IMG/VR virus record: IMGVR_UViG_3300027774_000001 | Coordinates: 1 to 51,315 of that record | Direction: 5' to 3' (one strand) | Source of the DNA: a virus | Lineage: Duplodnaviria > Caudoviricetes | Length of the DNA stretch: 51,315 nucleotides | In this document: positions 41,901 to 50,899 of the stretch, in pieces | Position numbering within the stretch: the stretch's first letter is position 1 | How the letters are laid out: each line of letters opens with the position of its first letter | Position numbers and translations under genes: made by a program | Notes under the pieces: generated by a model | Database searches by the model: none | The model's input: only the letters and a program-made list of their open reading frames with translations | What the model was told of the DNA's origin: nothing

Positions 41901-44900
41901 ATTAGGTGCAGAGAGATAACCAGATCCTTGGTTAGTAACAGTAACAGAGTCTATTGATGCATCTAACAATGTTTCTGTTGTTGCTACATCTGTAAATGTC
42001 ATTGTTGCAGGTTTTAGAACTGCGTCGTCTGCTCCATCGGATCCACCTAGGTCAGCACCAGAGATTGTAATTTCGTCAGCAATATTATATGATGTGCCAC
42101 CATCTGTTACTGTTACAGACTCAATAGTTCCGTTACCATCAGTTACCACAGTGAATACTGCACCACTAGCACTAGTTCCTGCTATTGATTTTTGTTGAAC
42201 ACCTGTATATGTTTGAGATGATCCGTAGTTTGTTGAAGATTGAGTCTTAACTGAGACAGTTGAGATTATACCGTAGTATGGGTCATCAAACAATATCTGA
42301 GGAGCAGCTCTATAGTTTGTTCCTGCACCTGTAACATTAACCTCTGATACTTTACCCGCACCAGATACTGCTGCAGCGACTGTTGCCTGTGATCCACTTA
42401 TACTCTCGATAGTTGCTACAGAGTTTCCACCTGTGTAAACTAAAGAACGAATATTAAATGACTGTGTGCCAGTTCCAGAATTGGTTATGGTGATTGCCGT
42501 ACCCACCTCTGCTAACTGTGGTGTAAGTGCTAACTTCACACGTCCTGCATCACCTATGTTGATTACATAGTAAGTTTCTCCAACAACCATATTACTGATT
42601 GGGTTAGTCTCAGCTGAGACATATTTGACTGGATCTCCTGTTTTTGCATCATGGACTGGAAACTCAAACTGATCATCGTATCCTACTGCGTCAATTTGTG
42701 ATGGGTTTATATTGTATGTCTTACCCGCATTAAACATGATATATCCTTTCTGACCCGCACCTGTTCTAGTGTTCTGTAATGGTTGTAGTCTTAATACTGA
42801 TGTAATTGGGTTCCAGTTAATAACTTTACCTCTAGCAGTGTTATTATCTTGGATTGCCTTACCAATGATGATTTCGTCTGGTAAGAAGTTACCTAATACG
42901 TTTTCTAGAGTCACATCTACAAAATCAGGCATTGTAACAACACAAGTGGGCAATGCTGCAGGATTATATCCAGATCCATTGTTTGTTATTGATACATTAG
43001 ATAATCCACCAGAAATAGTCGCTATGGCAGTAGCACCTGATCCAGATCTAGTAGAACCGCTTAATTTAGGTAATGATTGGTAGTTTCTTCCACTATCACC
43101 AATTGTTATGGTTGCAATACCTCCAGTTGGGTATACTGAGTTTGTAGAGTAAGTTAATCCGACACTATAACCAGTTTCGGGTGCTGCAGCAAGTTTATAG
43201 GTAAATGAAGTGTCAGTTTTCGATATAACTGTATGTGTCCCTAATATTGGGTCATTGATGATTGTAAAATACCTACTATTGGTTACATCACTCTTAATTG
43301 TGATTGCGTTACCCATATAAGCGTGGTTTTGACAAACATAGTGTAATGTGTCAGGAGAAGTGACTGAAGGTGTAATAGAAACGCTTCTAGTAGTCGCACT
43401 TGCAAAATTAGAATTATAATCATCCCAAGAAACCACATCTCCGTTAATTCTGTAAACAACTCCTACCTCATACCTAAGAACACCACCATATGCGTCCTCA
43501 CTCTCAGAGAAGTAGATAGCATGTGTAGCATTTGATACATTACTTTGATCAAATGTATAAGTCAATCCACGAGACATTGTGATTGATGGAGATTGCTCAA
43601 GAGAACCATACTTATCGCCTGTCATCCAATATCCGTTACCAGATCCTTGACCGAATAGAGGATGATCTGTTGTTTTAGGTTGAACTGAAACTGTAAATGC
43701 GTTTGGTGCAGTAATTTGATGTTTTACATCGTGATAGTAGAAAATGCCAGGTAATTCTGTTATTTTTGTTGTAATTGAATTTTGTTCGTTAGTTATAGGG
43801 TCTCTAGACTCTTCAATAATGTTTTTGTAAGTAAAGATGTCTGTATTTGCAGGATCAAGTGTAAATGACAATACTTTACCAGTATTACTTGCATCAGATG
43901 TGTCAAACACATATGAGTGACCATCTATTACTGATAGATTTGGTTCTTTGACGTAAACGTCTGCAGGATTGCCACCATTACCTGTTGTAACATTTGCTGA
44001 AGTGGTAGAAGCAAAGTTTCTCTTGACAATAAACCTATTGAGTGAGTCTATCCTATCTACGATGTAATTTGCCTTATTATAAGACACAGGTGAGACACCT
44101 GAGATATTGACTAGAGATCCTACACCTAGTTGATGAGCATTATTTGTCTTACACTCTACCTCTCTTACAACTTGTGTCAATGTGATGAGGAATCCTGCAC
44201 CACTTGGGTTGTTTCCTACGTTAAGATTGTCAACACTAATCTGATCTCCAACATCATACCCAAATCCAAAGTCTGTAATTGTAATTGCTTGAACAGCACC
44301 ACTACCAATAACTATAGTTGCTTTAGCATCCTTACCATCTCCTGTTGATGATACTAATGGAACGTTTGAGTAAGTTCCGTCTAGGTAATTAGATCCTCCT
44401 GAGTTTGTAGTCCACCCATTTTGATATAAGTTACCATCTGTACGTATTCTTATAAACTCCCATTGCATTGCTCCGTCAGATGCTACTCCTGATGTATGTG
44501 TAGGTGCATTCGTTCCAGATGTTCCTGCAGGATGCACTGCTCTATACACTCTATTTGCAACATGTACTAGATCTCCAGTAGTATATGAAGAAGTGGTTGC
44601 GTATGGGTCTAACAACTTCATACTTACTAGATTAAAGTATTTGAAGTGATAGTTACCATTGATAACTTTACTTGTTAAAGATCTAGTATTGGAATTATCA
44701 GTTGTGGATATATTAATAATATCTCCCGCTTGTAGTAAATGTGCCTCAGCAGTAGTGACAACTCCGTAGTATAAGTCTAAACCTTCTACAGATACTGAAG
44801 CGTACACACTAGCAAGACTACTTACAGTTGTTCCTTCTACTTGTGCTACGACAGCACTAACACCTTCTCCGCCAGTTCCTGTATTGTCAAACTGCAATCG

Positions 44901-47900
44901 GTCATTTACCTTATATCCTTTACCGCCACCCTCTACAAGGTATTGATCAATATTTGCGGATGAAAACTTGTTTGTAGATGAAACAACTAGAGAGTCCGCA
45001 GAACCACCTCTAATAAACGGATAGTAACTGAAGTATCCAATACCATCCTCAATATATGTCAACGTCTCACCAGTCTCCATGACAATAAGAGTTGTACTAT
45101 CTTCTAGTGCAAGGAAGAAGTCAATCTTGTTGTCTAATACTTTTCTTCTTGCAACAATATTGTCTACACCGATAAATGGTGCTCTGTAACGTATTGCATC
45201 TTCTGTAAAGTTTTTCTGCAATCCATTACCATCCCAGTTCACTTGATCCGCTTCACCATAAAACTCTGATCCAATAAAGTATGGGAATGCGGGATTACCA
45301 GTTGTACCTGTAATAGTTGTAAAATACGCATAGACTCCATTTGGATATTCTGGAGTAACGCAGAATCTACCATTATAACGGTCTAAGTCGCCTAGACCTT
45401 CCACATATTCATAATCCTCAAGATAAGTGCCTAGAGGGTCACTGAGACCGCTTAGAAGGGCATCTCTGGTAGTCTTTACTCTGTAACTACTTCTAATACG
45501 TTTGTACTCATTAAATGGTGCACTATTCTCAGGATCTACAAATCCGTAAGGTCCGTATATCGGATGTCCGTCATACGCCCAACCAATAATAGGTGAGTGC
45601 ACTGTAGGAGGTAATTCCTGTAAAGTTCCGTTATTATCTAAACCAATACTATCTTTAAGTAAGAATCTTAGTTGCTTAGGATTATATAAGTATCCATACT
45701 CTCCTCCGTAGATCAAGAAGTTCTCTCCTTGGAAACACGCACCACCAAAAACGTCCGTAGTCTTAGGTGATACAAATGTACTACTACCTAGTTCTAATCC
45801 TGTTGCTGCTTCGTTTACGGATAGTTCCGTCAATCTAGTTTGGAATCGTGCACCTGAGCCAGGATATACGATGTCAACTCTTGTAGCACCCGCAGTATAC
45901 CCAATACCTTTACTTGATACAGTAATACCTGTAACGATGTTTGTGGTTAGGTCAACAGTAGCAAACGCAGTTGCACCTACACCGTCACCAGTAATGATAA
46001 CGTCTGGAGGACCGAAGTATGCACTACCACCGAATGTTACGATTATACTCTCTATCTTTCCATTCAGTATTGATGGATACGCAACAGCTCCGCTTCCACT
46101 TATTAGATTGATGGTTGGTTCGTATGTATACTGCGATCCTGCGTTTGTTATGTTAATAGTTTCTACAGGACCTCGACAAACTGCTACTGCAGTAGCACCA
46201 ACTCCGCCTCCTCCTGATATTGTTATGGTAGGAATACTTGTATATCCCGCACCACCGTTTACAATAGTAATACCTGTTACGGTACCATCCGTAATTTGTG
46301 CGGTAGCATACGCCTGATTTCCGCTTATCGCTCCTCCACCTACAATAGAAACGATTGGTTGCGTCTTATATCCCGCACCTCCACTCGTAACGTTGATTGC
46401 AGTTACGGAACCTGTAATGACAACCGCAGCTTCTGCACTCTGTCCTTCATACTCCCAATCAATCAATCCTACAGTTTGTATTCCTGCAGTGTGTAATGGA
46501 TACAGTGTTGCGGAAGATTTAGCAGGATTAAGTGCCTTATACCTTCTTCCCTGATATGTTACTCTAGTTCCAGACGCATATGTTGTGCTAAGTTTATATT
46601 CTGCCTCAAACTCTACAGTAGGAGGGTTTGTAATATCATATCCGCTTCCACCGTCAATTCTTTCAATATTCTTCAATCCACCATACTTTTTCTTAGTTTC
46701 AGACTTAAATGAGAATAATGGGACACCATTAGTACCAATACCAACTTGACCAACAGGAGTTGGTGTTTTTGATGATTTAATACTTGGTTTTAGAGGAATA
46801 CGTTTTAAATACCTCTGATTGCCAGGATCTAGGTCTGTAGGAGCAAAAGGTCCTACTTTATGTGTTGGTACACCTGTACTAGCGACTATTGCATGAGTAT
46901 CAGACTGATATGTGTTCTGTACATCACCAGTAGTGTCTTTTATAGCAATATTGATAGAATTGTCGTCACTAGTACCAAATGCAAATTCTCTGGCAATAAA
47001 GAACTCAAATCCACTAATACCTTGTGCAGGAGATGATGAGAATACAAACTCAAACGTAAACTCATCAACAATACCTACAACAGTGTGATTATTGTTGTAA
47101 ATGTCTTCTGGAGCATTTAATATTCTAACAGTGTCATTTCTGACCAATCTATGCTTCTCTTTAGTGATTACGGTACATCTAACTGATCCATCGCTTGCGG
47201 GTGCTTCTAGCGTCGCTGAGACGCCTCTGAGAGCACGTCGTACGTTGTATATAAAACTATCCCATATAGGATCTATGCTATCAAAACCTGGTGCAGCAGG
47301 AGTAGTGACTTTTGAGTCTGGTAAGTAGTATCTTCCACCATTATTGAGTATTACACCTCTAGTGCCACCAAATATCTTTAATTGTATCTCAGAACCGTCT
47401 ACATTGGAATTACCGTAGATTCTAAACGCAGCAATGACGTCTTGACCCGCATCATGTGCTACATTGCTTGAATTCTCTCTTGCACGGTTGCAACCAAGGA
47501 ATTGTGTAACTGTTTTATCGGTATAACTGATTATTTCGTCTTCTATCCTAAATTTACCGTTTGTTTCAGGCCATCCTAGTGTAGAGTCAACTGTAACAAC
47601 AGTATCGGTCAAATTAGCACCTAAATCTTGTGCTAGAGTTGTTTTATACGGAGTTGCAAAGGTTCCGAGTGAATTATTGGTGTCTACGTCAATTTCGTAG
47701 ATTGTTCCGTTCTCTGTAAAGACTTCTACGACTCCTTTGACGTAAATTCTCGCAAATCCGATATTTGAGTCGTTTGGATCCGCATCTTGGTACAATACTT
47801 CGCCTACAAGTTCTATTGGGTTGCCTTTTACAGGAACTGCACGGATAATTTCTCTAGAAGTGTAAAATGCATCACTAGGTTTAAATATTCGCTCTCTAGG

Positions 47901-48626
47901 ATACGATACTTCCGACTCTACGCCAAAAAGTGACCTTAACACAAACTGGAATGACCTACTTGTGCCTTTTGACGAGTAGAAGTCCTTAATACGTTTAATT
48001 ACGGTGCTTTCTGTAACACCATCTGCAAAATTCTTCGGAAATGTGTTTAGGAACTGTTCTTTGAACTTCCCAAGCATGTAAAGTGGGAAAATATTGTTCA
48101 AGTTAACAACTTCAGCACCTAGAGCGTGACTTGCAGCGACTGTAGACTCAAATTTGTAGTCTTCTCGTAATCCAACTGCTTTTACAGCGTTAAATCCACG
48201 TGCACAGTCTTGAAACAGTGTAGATCCTTTGCTCTGGTAGTAAATTATCTCATCATCTATTAATAATAGTCCTTCTGCAGGAAAATCACGAGTAGATTCA
48301 ACGTCAACCGATGTAGAAGACGTTGTAAGTGTAGAAATTAGAGTTGTAGTGGTAACTAATTCGCCATAATTGTCAATATTGTAATAATCCGACCAGTTCT
48401 GTATTATATCGAAGCAATATCCCTTTAATTCTTGTGATTTATAATATTCTTTGACAAAATCTATAAACGTAGGAAACTCTTCCCGTATAAACTGCGGAAA
48501 TTGCCCTGATATGCTTGTCGATATTTTTGATCTGGATTCTGGACTGACCTCAGACGGTACAGGTGGTTGTGTGACCGTTGTTGTGGGTGTTGTCCACGAT
48601 CCAACTCTCCATGAACTATTTGTCAT
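35928..48626 (-). CDS. gp7: Giant gp7-like baseplate wedge initiator (4232 aa) with many inserted domains
   Basis: QFPQFIREEFPTFIDFVKEYY and IKRIKDFYSSKGT..SF..V.R.LFG near the N-terminus, plus FQEFSYDISSP...W...K..AHPAGFK; lies between gp6 and gp8. Inserts include YHYH-like, CBM-like, cupredoxin-like and helical modules. Confidence 0.85.
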   Translation of the reverse strand: MTNSSWRVGSWTTPTTTVTQPPVPSEVSPESRSKISTSISGQFPQFIREEFPTFIDFVKEYYKSQELKGYCFDIIQNWSDYYNIDNYGELVTTTTLISTLTTSSTSVDVESTRDFPAEGLLLIDDEIIYYQSKGSTLFQDCARGFNAVKAVGLREDYKFESTVAASHALGAEVVNLNNIFPLYMLGKFKEQFLNTFPKNFADGVTESTVIKRIKDFYSSKGTSRSFQFVLRSLFGVESEVSYPRERIFKPSDAFYTSREIIRAVPVKGNPIELVGEVLYQDADPNDSNIGFARIYVKGVVEVFTENGTIYEIDVDTNNSLGTFATPYKTTLAQDLGANLTDTVVTVDSTLGWPETNGKFRIEDEIISYTDKTVTQFLGCNRARENSSNVAHDAGQDVIAAFRIYGNSNVDGSEIQLKIFGGTRGVILNNGGRYYLPDSKVTTPAAPGFDSIDPIWDSFIYNVRRALRGVSATLEAPASDGSVRCTVITKEKHRLVRNDTVRILNAPEDIYNNNHTVVGIVDEFTFEFVFSSSPAQGISGFEFFIAREFAFGTSDDNSINIAIKDTTGDVQNTYQSDTHAIVASTGVPTHKVGPFAPTDLDPGNQRYLKRIPLKPSIKSSKTPTPVGQVGIGTNGVPLFSFKSETKKKYGGLKNIERIDGGSGYDITNPPTVEFEAEYKLSTTYASGTRVTYQGRRYKALNPAKSSATLYPLHTAGIQTVGLIDWEYEGQSAEAAVVITGSVTAINVTSGGAGYKTQPIVSIVGGGAISGNQAYATAQITDGTVTGITIVNGGAGYTSIPTITISGGGGVGATAVAVCRGPVETINITNAGSQYTYEPTINLISGSGAVAYPSILNGKIESIIVTFGGSAYFGPPDVIITGDGVGATAFATVDLTTNIVTGITVSSKGIGYTAGATRVDIVYPGSGARFQTRLTELSVNEAATGLELGSSTFVSPKTTDVFGGACFQGENFLIYGGEYGYLYNPKQLRFLLKDSIGLDNNGTLQELPPTVHSPIIGWAYDGHPIYGPYGFVDPENSAPFNEYKRIRSSYRVKTTRDALLSGLSDPLGTYLEDYEYVEGLGDLDRYNGRFCVTPEYPNGVYAYFTTITGTTGNPAFPYFIGSEFYGEADQVNWDGNGLQKNFTEDAIRYRAPFIGVDNIVARRKVLDNKIDFFLALEDSTTLIVMETGETLTYIEDGIGYFSYYPFIRGGSADSLVVSSTNKFSSANIDQYLVEGGGKGYKVNDRLQFDNTGTGGEGVSAVVAQVEGTTVSSLASVYASVSVEGLDLYYGVVTTAEAHLLQAGDIINISTTDNSNTRSLTSKVINGNYHFKYFNLVSMKLLDPYATTSSYTTGDLVHVANRVYRAVHPAGTSGTNAPTHTSGVASDGAMQWEFIRIRTDGNLYQNGWTTNSGGSNYLDGTYSNVPLVSSTGDGKDAKATIVIGSGAVQAITITDFGFGYDVGDQISVDNLNVGNNPSGAGFLITLTQVVREVECKTNNAHQLGVGSLVNISGVSPVSYNKANYIVDRIDSLNRFIVKRNFASTTSANVTTGNGGNPADVYVKEPNLSVIDGHSYVFDTSDASNTGKVLSFTLDPANTDIFTYKNIIEESRDPITNEQNSITTKITELPGIFYYHDVKHQITAPNAFTVSVQPKTTDHPLFGQGSGNGYWMTGDKYGSLEQSPSITMSRGLTYTFDQSNVSNATHAIYFSESEDAYGGVLRYEVGVVYRINGDVVSWDDYNSNFASATTRSVSITPSVTSPDTLHYVCQNHAYMGNAITIKSDVTNSRYFTIINDPILGTHTVISKTDTSFTYKLAAAPETGYSVGLTYSTNSVYPTGGIATITIGDSGRNYQSLPKLSGSTRSGSGATAIATISGGLSNVSITNNGSGYNPAALPTCVVTMPDFVDVTLENVLGNFLPDEIIIGKAIQDNNTARGKVINWNPITSVLRLQPLQNTRTGAGQKGYIMFNAGKTYNINPSQIDAVGYDDQFEFPVHDAKTGDPVKYVSAETNPISNMVVGETYYVINIGDAGRVKLALTPQLAEVGTAITITNSGTGTQSFNIRSLVYTGGNSVATIESISGSQATVAAAVSGAGKVSEVNVTGAGTNYRAAPQILFDDPYYGIISTVSVKTQSSTNYGSSQTYTGVQQKSIAGTSASGAVFTVVTDGNGTIESVTVTDGGTSYNIADEITISGADLGGSDGADDAVLKPATMTFTDVATTETLLDASIDSVTVTNQGSGYLSAPNITAQGGNGINASLNALILNEGVVSINILAAGQQYQSPPIINIEQRLGTGASILLKSSNMGEILKIGGENITFNYSHDRTLKPKLNTTYNLQLIRTQIIDYLDVVNGGANFVSTPEIILEGGQGSLFDLKPIVQNEIIQAVNVENAGRGFTSSPTVRAKVSHTFVALQSNSTINFPYNAKIPTGTKVTLVETSGLLPSPLQTETTYFAVAATTANGLADSQIKLATSLANANTETTITFTSAPIGDPVTGQTYFTVETTDLGDNIIAYTKPATFAIGERIYQGASTTSFTAFGFIKDWDASGRVVSVELVEGDFVVGQPVFGEESAAFGQIHAFDRADAEFVVSPISTSAANWEKTTGFLDLNEQRVYDSNRFQEFSYDISSPINITDWKNPLKFAAHPAGFKVVGTQVLTQSVKKDFRPRSTLNLNPSNTFDWWVPNTNSIGTTFNGTTFITPKPSAKATGKLSQINNFALSKPDYSALVPTEVSIYGKQLLDVQKILSCISYKIDDISDRTLTFDGSSTAVVDGVDDKITITNHGLVEGQQVTYFSGGDRFLDARDLIVNNIDYIVEETIGFLNAQYPTLQYGQAKCARDTRLVVAAWTNDLKYGGNYFSIDAAQSYTDGTGVQHVAGEETETIYAFNKARDLCLLAVTNDLPVGTYTNIVPQTDLSITNDSGGCADVKSAITVFAGIVTGAISNPTAALPSLDIGNYPNNRSGTPIGGLTNAAKYYVKIVDANTIRLSLTEGGADINLTSQGSGVGHSLRCFIDGINDSFKLRVNGVDLNTQIGKTASNTQLLLSVNGLIANPATYTLSNNIVTFITPPLAETRVIAMYFDRADYTTSFVLDQIGDEIKSFDVANGLTPGSGYSDGTYTAVPLKNRLGSGIGATADITVTNGAVSNVTLVSAGNGYTDTDVLGISDPRVGEQLVKHFLPTNGTYAPTSGEMVLTIGSGHGLSAPTTHTPSDATYDPNTGLMVVTINNHGRVNGDFVKFADGSLTFSCNYGGGGNESYPRSTDYASDRWLEAFDCTTNTFTVQVLDSIPSTDLSPHVFISAASNGVKFAISTVRIANESLRFSCNYGSGGTAAYPRATDPIGTQGKMKDVPVEAVTSTTITVNALNGTSPTNTDTHAWQGLSTYQFQPSDITYTPSTGEMVLTVTGHPLIKGDRIFFANNSLTFTCGLDNNATQHTYPRVGDPSEGAWHTIDAVTADTFTVNVGVSSDTSTHTFVSATSTAVTRAVVSYGVYKYSKVADAGNLLRLNQEFIATTAYGRMQADNPSFSGIYKTKCIRDTKLLIDAVADNVEFGGNDATYDAANFYVGTVHLDGEEGESVQVFNHARDICRQVMRNLTVTTNGDTVGTQIKDNTISNDSGSTTYSEACCVDTASTISTLWAIVTQAVGTGAHTFVSSTSNNITVTGGGSGPFTAVAPTTYDNTTGLMEMTIGSHSLTTSDTVTISANSMTFTCANDNNATNHTYPRTSDPAYNTAVAITAVTATTITVNVGTNSGNLNGITRTASVQPFFQINVGDVTFDGSDTTFTTLSGGSTQVLPANDNFLIFLNSTLQIKGSSKAYNYTGSTITFTEAPLAGMDFYGFYFGKLTQLDAIEPFFDNKKKTFTMKENTEPFSLESDNAAVQAQNNLLIFLNGVYQEPGVAYTLTGSIIEFSEAPRAGSDCILFIYTGSPNDILISNTFNSIDPGDRVKISSEGSDRLVATVSSSTTIDSYEYTGLKPSTAEFTAVVTGGQVTQVNITNVGSNYEVPPILLFQGGGGDGASAETTIETGSGKVLSVINLKGGAGYTSAPTVIAVHPLALERRQRDRILSNSLSLGITYLTSTLSSSGTTLNLKNVYFNSTQKNGFPDEGEVLVPFYNTVEQVWSCERILYASKNTSSNTLTVATNGRGHEGTTASVHTVLTGTYNSSGTTCTVSTSSNHNFTTGQRVVLDFDIGSGSGDGINGTYTVTVTGSNTFTVEFPFSRTTSGNTSVCPEVRLRSL

Positions 48627-48632
48627 ATTGGA

Positions 48633-50483
48633 TTAATAGCTAGATTCTGGAATTACTCCTGTTCCAGAAAGATTTGAACCACTACTGATAGTATCTTCTA
48701 TTACAGTAATTACTGAGTTATCTATACCCATAGTAATATAAGTTTCTCGCAGAGAAACCAAGTCATTTGACTTAGGTGTAGCTTTTATCTGCAATGTATC
48801 ATTTGCTACACTAGTAGATTGTATTATCAAGTCATTAATTACAATCTCTCCCATATCATAATCCACAGATCCCCATAATCCATCAATATACTCAAACTCA
48901 CCAGTTCCTTTGACGTAGTATAGTCTTAATGTGCCTGTACCATCGTCATTTAAGAAGTAAGTATTAACATCATCACCTACAATCTTAAATCCGCTTGATA
49001 ATACAGCGGGATCTGTAGATGTTTGCTTGTTAATTCTGTTACCATAGCAAATTTTGTAGTTAACACGAGTGTTTAGATCAACTGTAACGTTCTTTCTCAT
49101 TGTTACACGAGTAATATTAGACGTAATTGATCTTTCTGCAGCGTCAATGATGTTTTGAACCTTAGAATATTTGAATTTACCACCAAACTTGTTAAATTCA
49201 CCACTTGCATTAAGTGCAGTTAGGGTAGTAATCACTAAATTCTTAATTTCAGCGGGTTCTCTACGTGTATTATTGGGGTTATAGTACACAAAACTCACTA
49301 AATCTATGAAAAGAATGGACGGATCAATGATTGTTGGTTGAATTGCAGCAACAGAAAACTCTCTGAGTTTCTTTAGAACAGAATTTTTCTCAGAAAGTGA
49401 TAATTTATCTGCATTTTTAGGTTTGATTGCTAAAAATACCTTACCAAATTCGGGAGGTTCCGCTTCTTCTCCACCATAACATGCAATAGATGCGACGTTT
49501 GGATAGATTTGTGGTATGATTGCCTCGTAATCCCGCGTAGAAACTGCTCTACCAAACGCAGAATAGAATTTTGGTGCACTAAATTTGATAGATTCCGTAG
49601 ATTCTGGTTCTGCACCTCCGTCTGGGAACTGAACTGCAGAGATAGAAATGCCAGAAGTTATCGCATTGTTCAAATTATCACGATAAGTTCCGATATTTTC
49701 AAAAACTTTTAGACCATTTGCTCCTCTTCCTGCAGAAGTTGTATATTTTACAGTTACAACATCTCCATTTTCTAGAGATTTACCTATCACACCGTCTCCA
49801 AATAGGATTTCTGGTATCTGATACTCACTCTCTTCTAAGAAAAATACCTTAGATGTAGAATCTATCTTAGTAATATCGGTTGCTTGTAAATATTTTTCTG
49901 TAATTGTACCAGAAGTTACCTCTACAATCATGCTTGTAGTGTCAACTCTCTCGTTAGTAAGTATAAATCTCTGTCTTTGTGTAGTATCTTTTACAAAAGT
50001 ATCGGTTAAGAACAATCCCTCAAACAAAACTGTATTGTTAAATGACGCAATACCTGTCAAACTATCTACAGATTGCGAAATATCAGTCGGAACTGAGAAT
50101 ACAAAGTTGTTATTATCTAATCCTGTAAAGTTTAGAACCAGTCCTGCAGCGATTGTGACTGATTTAGGGTAAGGGAATGCTGTTTGTACAGCAATATCAA
50201 CTATGGTACGTGCTGATTTTGCAGAACTAGGTGTGTAACCAATCATTCTTGCAAGTTTTACAACGTTTTCTCGTAAAACTGCTGTTTCTAGGAACCCCTC
50301 ATTGACTGCAAGGTTAGCATTTACACTGGTGTAATATGTGTTGTATGCTAATGTATCAATTAATACAGTAAGAGACGATCCCTCGAAGTCATAATCACTA
50401 AATTGCGACTGTGCCTTCAAATATTCTTTTATTTGTGCCTTGATCTGGTTGAACTCAAGGGCATTGACTTGATTAAATGCCAT
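48633..50483 (-). CDS. gp6: Baseplate wedge subunit gp6
   Basis: FSDYDFEGS.L.VLID.LAYNTYY, FGDG..G, RAVST.DY and GGEE..PP.FGKVF..IKP; follows gp25. Confidence 0.92.
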   Translation of the reverse strand: MAFNQVNALEFNQIKAQIKEYLKAQSQFSDYDFEGSSLTVLIDTLAYNTYYTSVNANLAVNEGFLETAVLRENVVKLARMIGYTPSSAKSARTIVDIAVQTAFPYPKSVTIAAGLVLNFTGLDNNNFVFSVPTDISQSVDSLTGIASFNNTVLFEGLFLTDTFVKDTTQRQRFILTNERVDTTSMIVEVTSGTITEKYLQATDITKIDSTSKVFFLEESEYQIPEILFGDGVIGKSLENGDVVTVKYTTSAGRGANGLKVFENIGTYRDNLNNAITSGISISAVQFPDGGAEPESTESIKFSAPKFYSAFGRAVSTRDYEAIIPQIYPNVASIACYGGEEAEPPEFGKVFLAIKPKNADKLSLSEKNSVLKKLREFSVAAIQPTIIDPSILFIDLVSFVYYNPNNTRREPAEIKNLVITTLTALNASGEFNKFGGKFKYSKVQNIIDAAERSITSNITRVTMRKNVTVDLNTRVNYKICYGNRINKQTSTDPAVLSSGFKIVGDDVNTYFLNDDGTGTLRLYYVKGTGEFEYIDGLWGSVDYDMGEIVINDLIIQSTSVANDTLQIKATPKSNDLVSLRETYITMGIDNSVITVIEDTISSGSNLSGTGVIPESSY

Positions 50484-50872
50484 TATGGTTTAAATACTAC
50501 ACTAACATCATCAAATTTCGGTTTTAGACCAATTATCAGATAATTAATAGAACAATTTAATGCATTTCGATCTTCTTCAAAGTCTACAGAGACAGTAACA
50601 CCTGTTACTCTTGGTTCATGTATCTCTATTGCCTCTTCAATCCTATTTTTGACCTCTAATTCTAATCCAGAAGTAGAATTCTCAAATAATAGACCAATGA
50701 TATTGCCACCGAAGAACGGATCAAAAGGTTTTTCGTAAAAATTATATAAAACTATATTTTTTACTGATTCTTTGATAGCAGCTTCGTTTTTTAGAGACAA
50801 GATATCATTAGTCACTGCATTCTTCTCGAATGTTAGTGAAAAATCTCTAAAAGATTTTGATATCAAGGACAT
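50483..50872 (-). CDS. gp25: Baseplate wedge subunit gp25
   Basis: AIKESVKNIV....YEKPFDP.FG.....LLFE...I...EPRV matches the GPW/gp25 pattern. Confidence 0.92.
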   Translation of the reverse strand: MSLISKSFRDFSLTFEKNAVTNDILSLKNEAAIKESVKNIVLYNFYEKPFDPFFGGNIIGLLFENSTSGLELEVKNRIEEAIEIHEPRVTGVTVSVDFEEDRNALNCSINYLIIGLKPKFDDVSVVFKP

Positions 50873-50899
50873 TGCGAACGTACTATACCTTCATCAATG

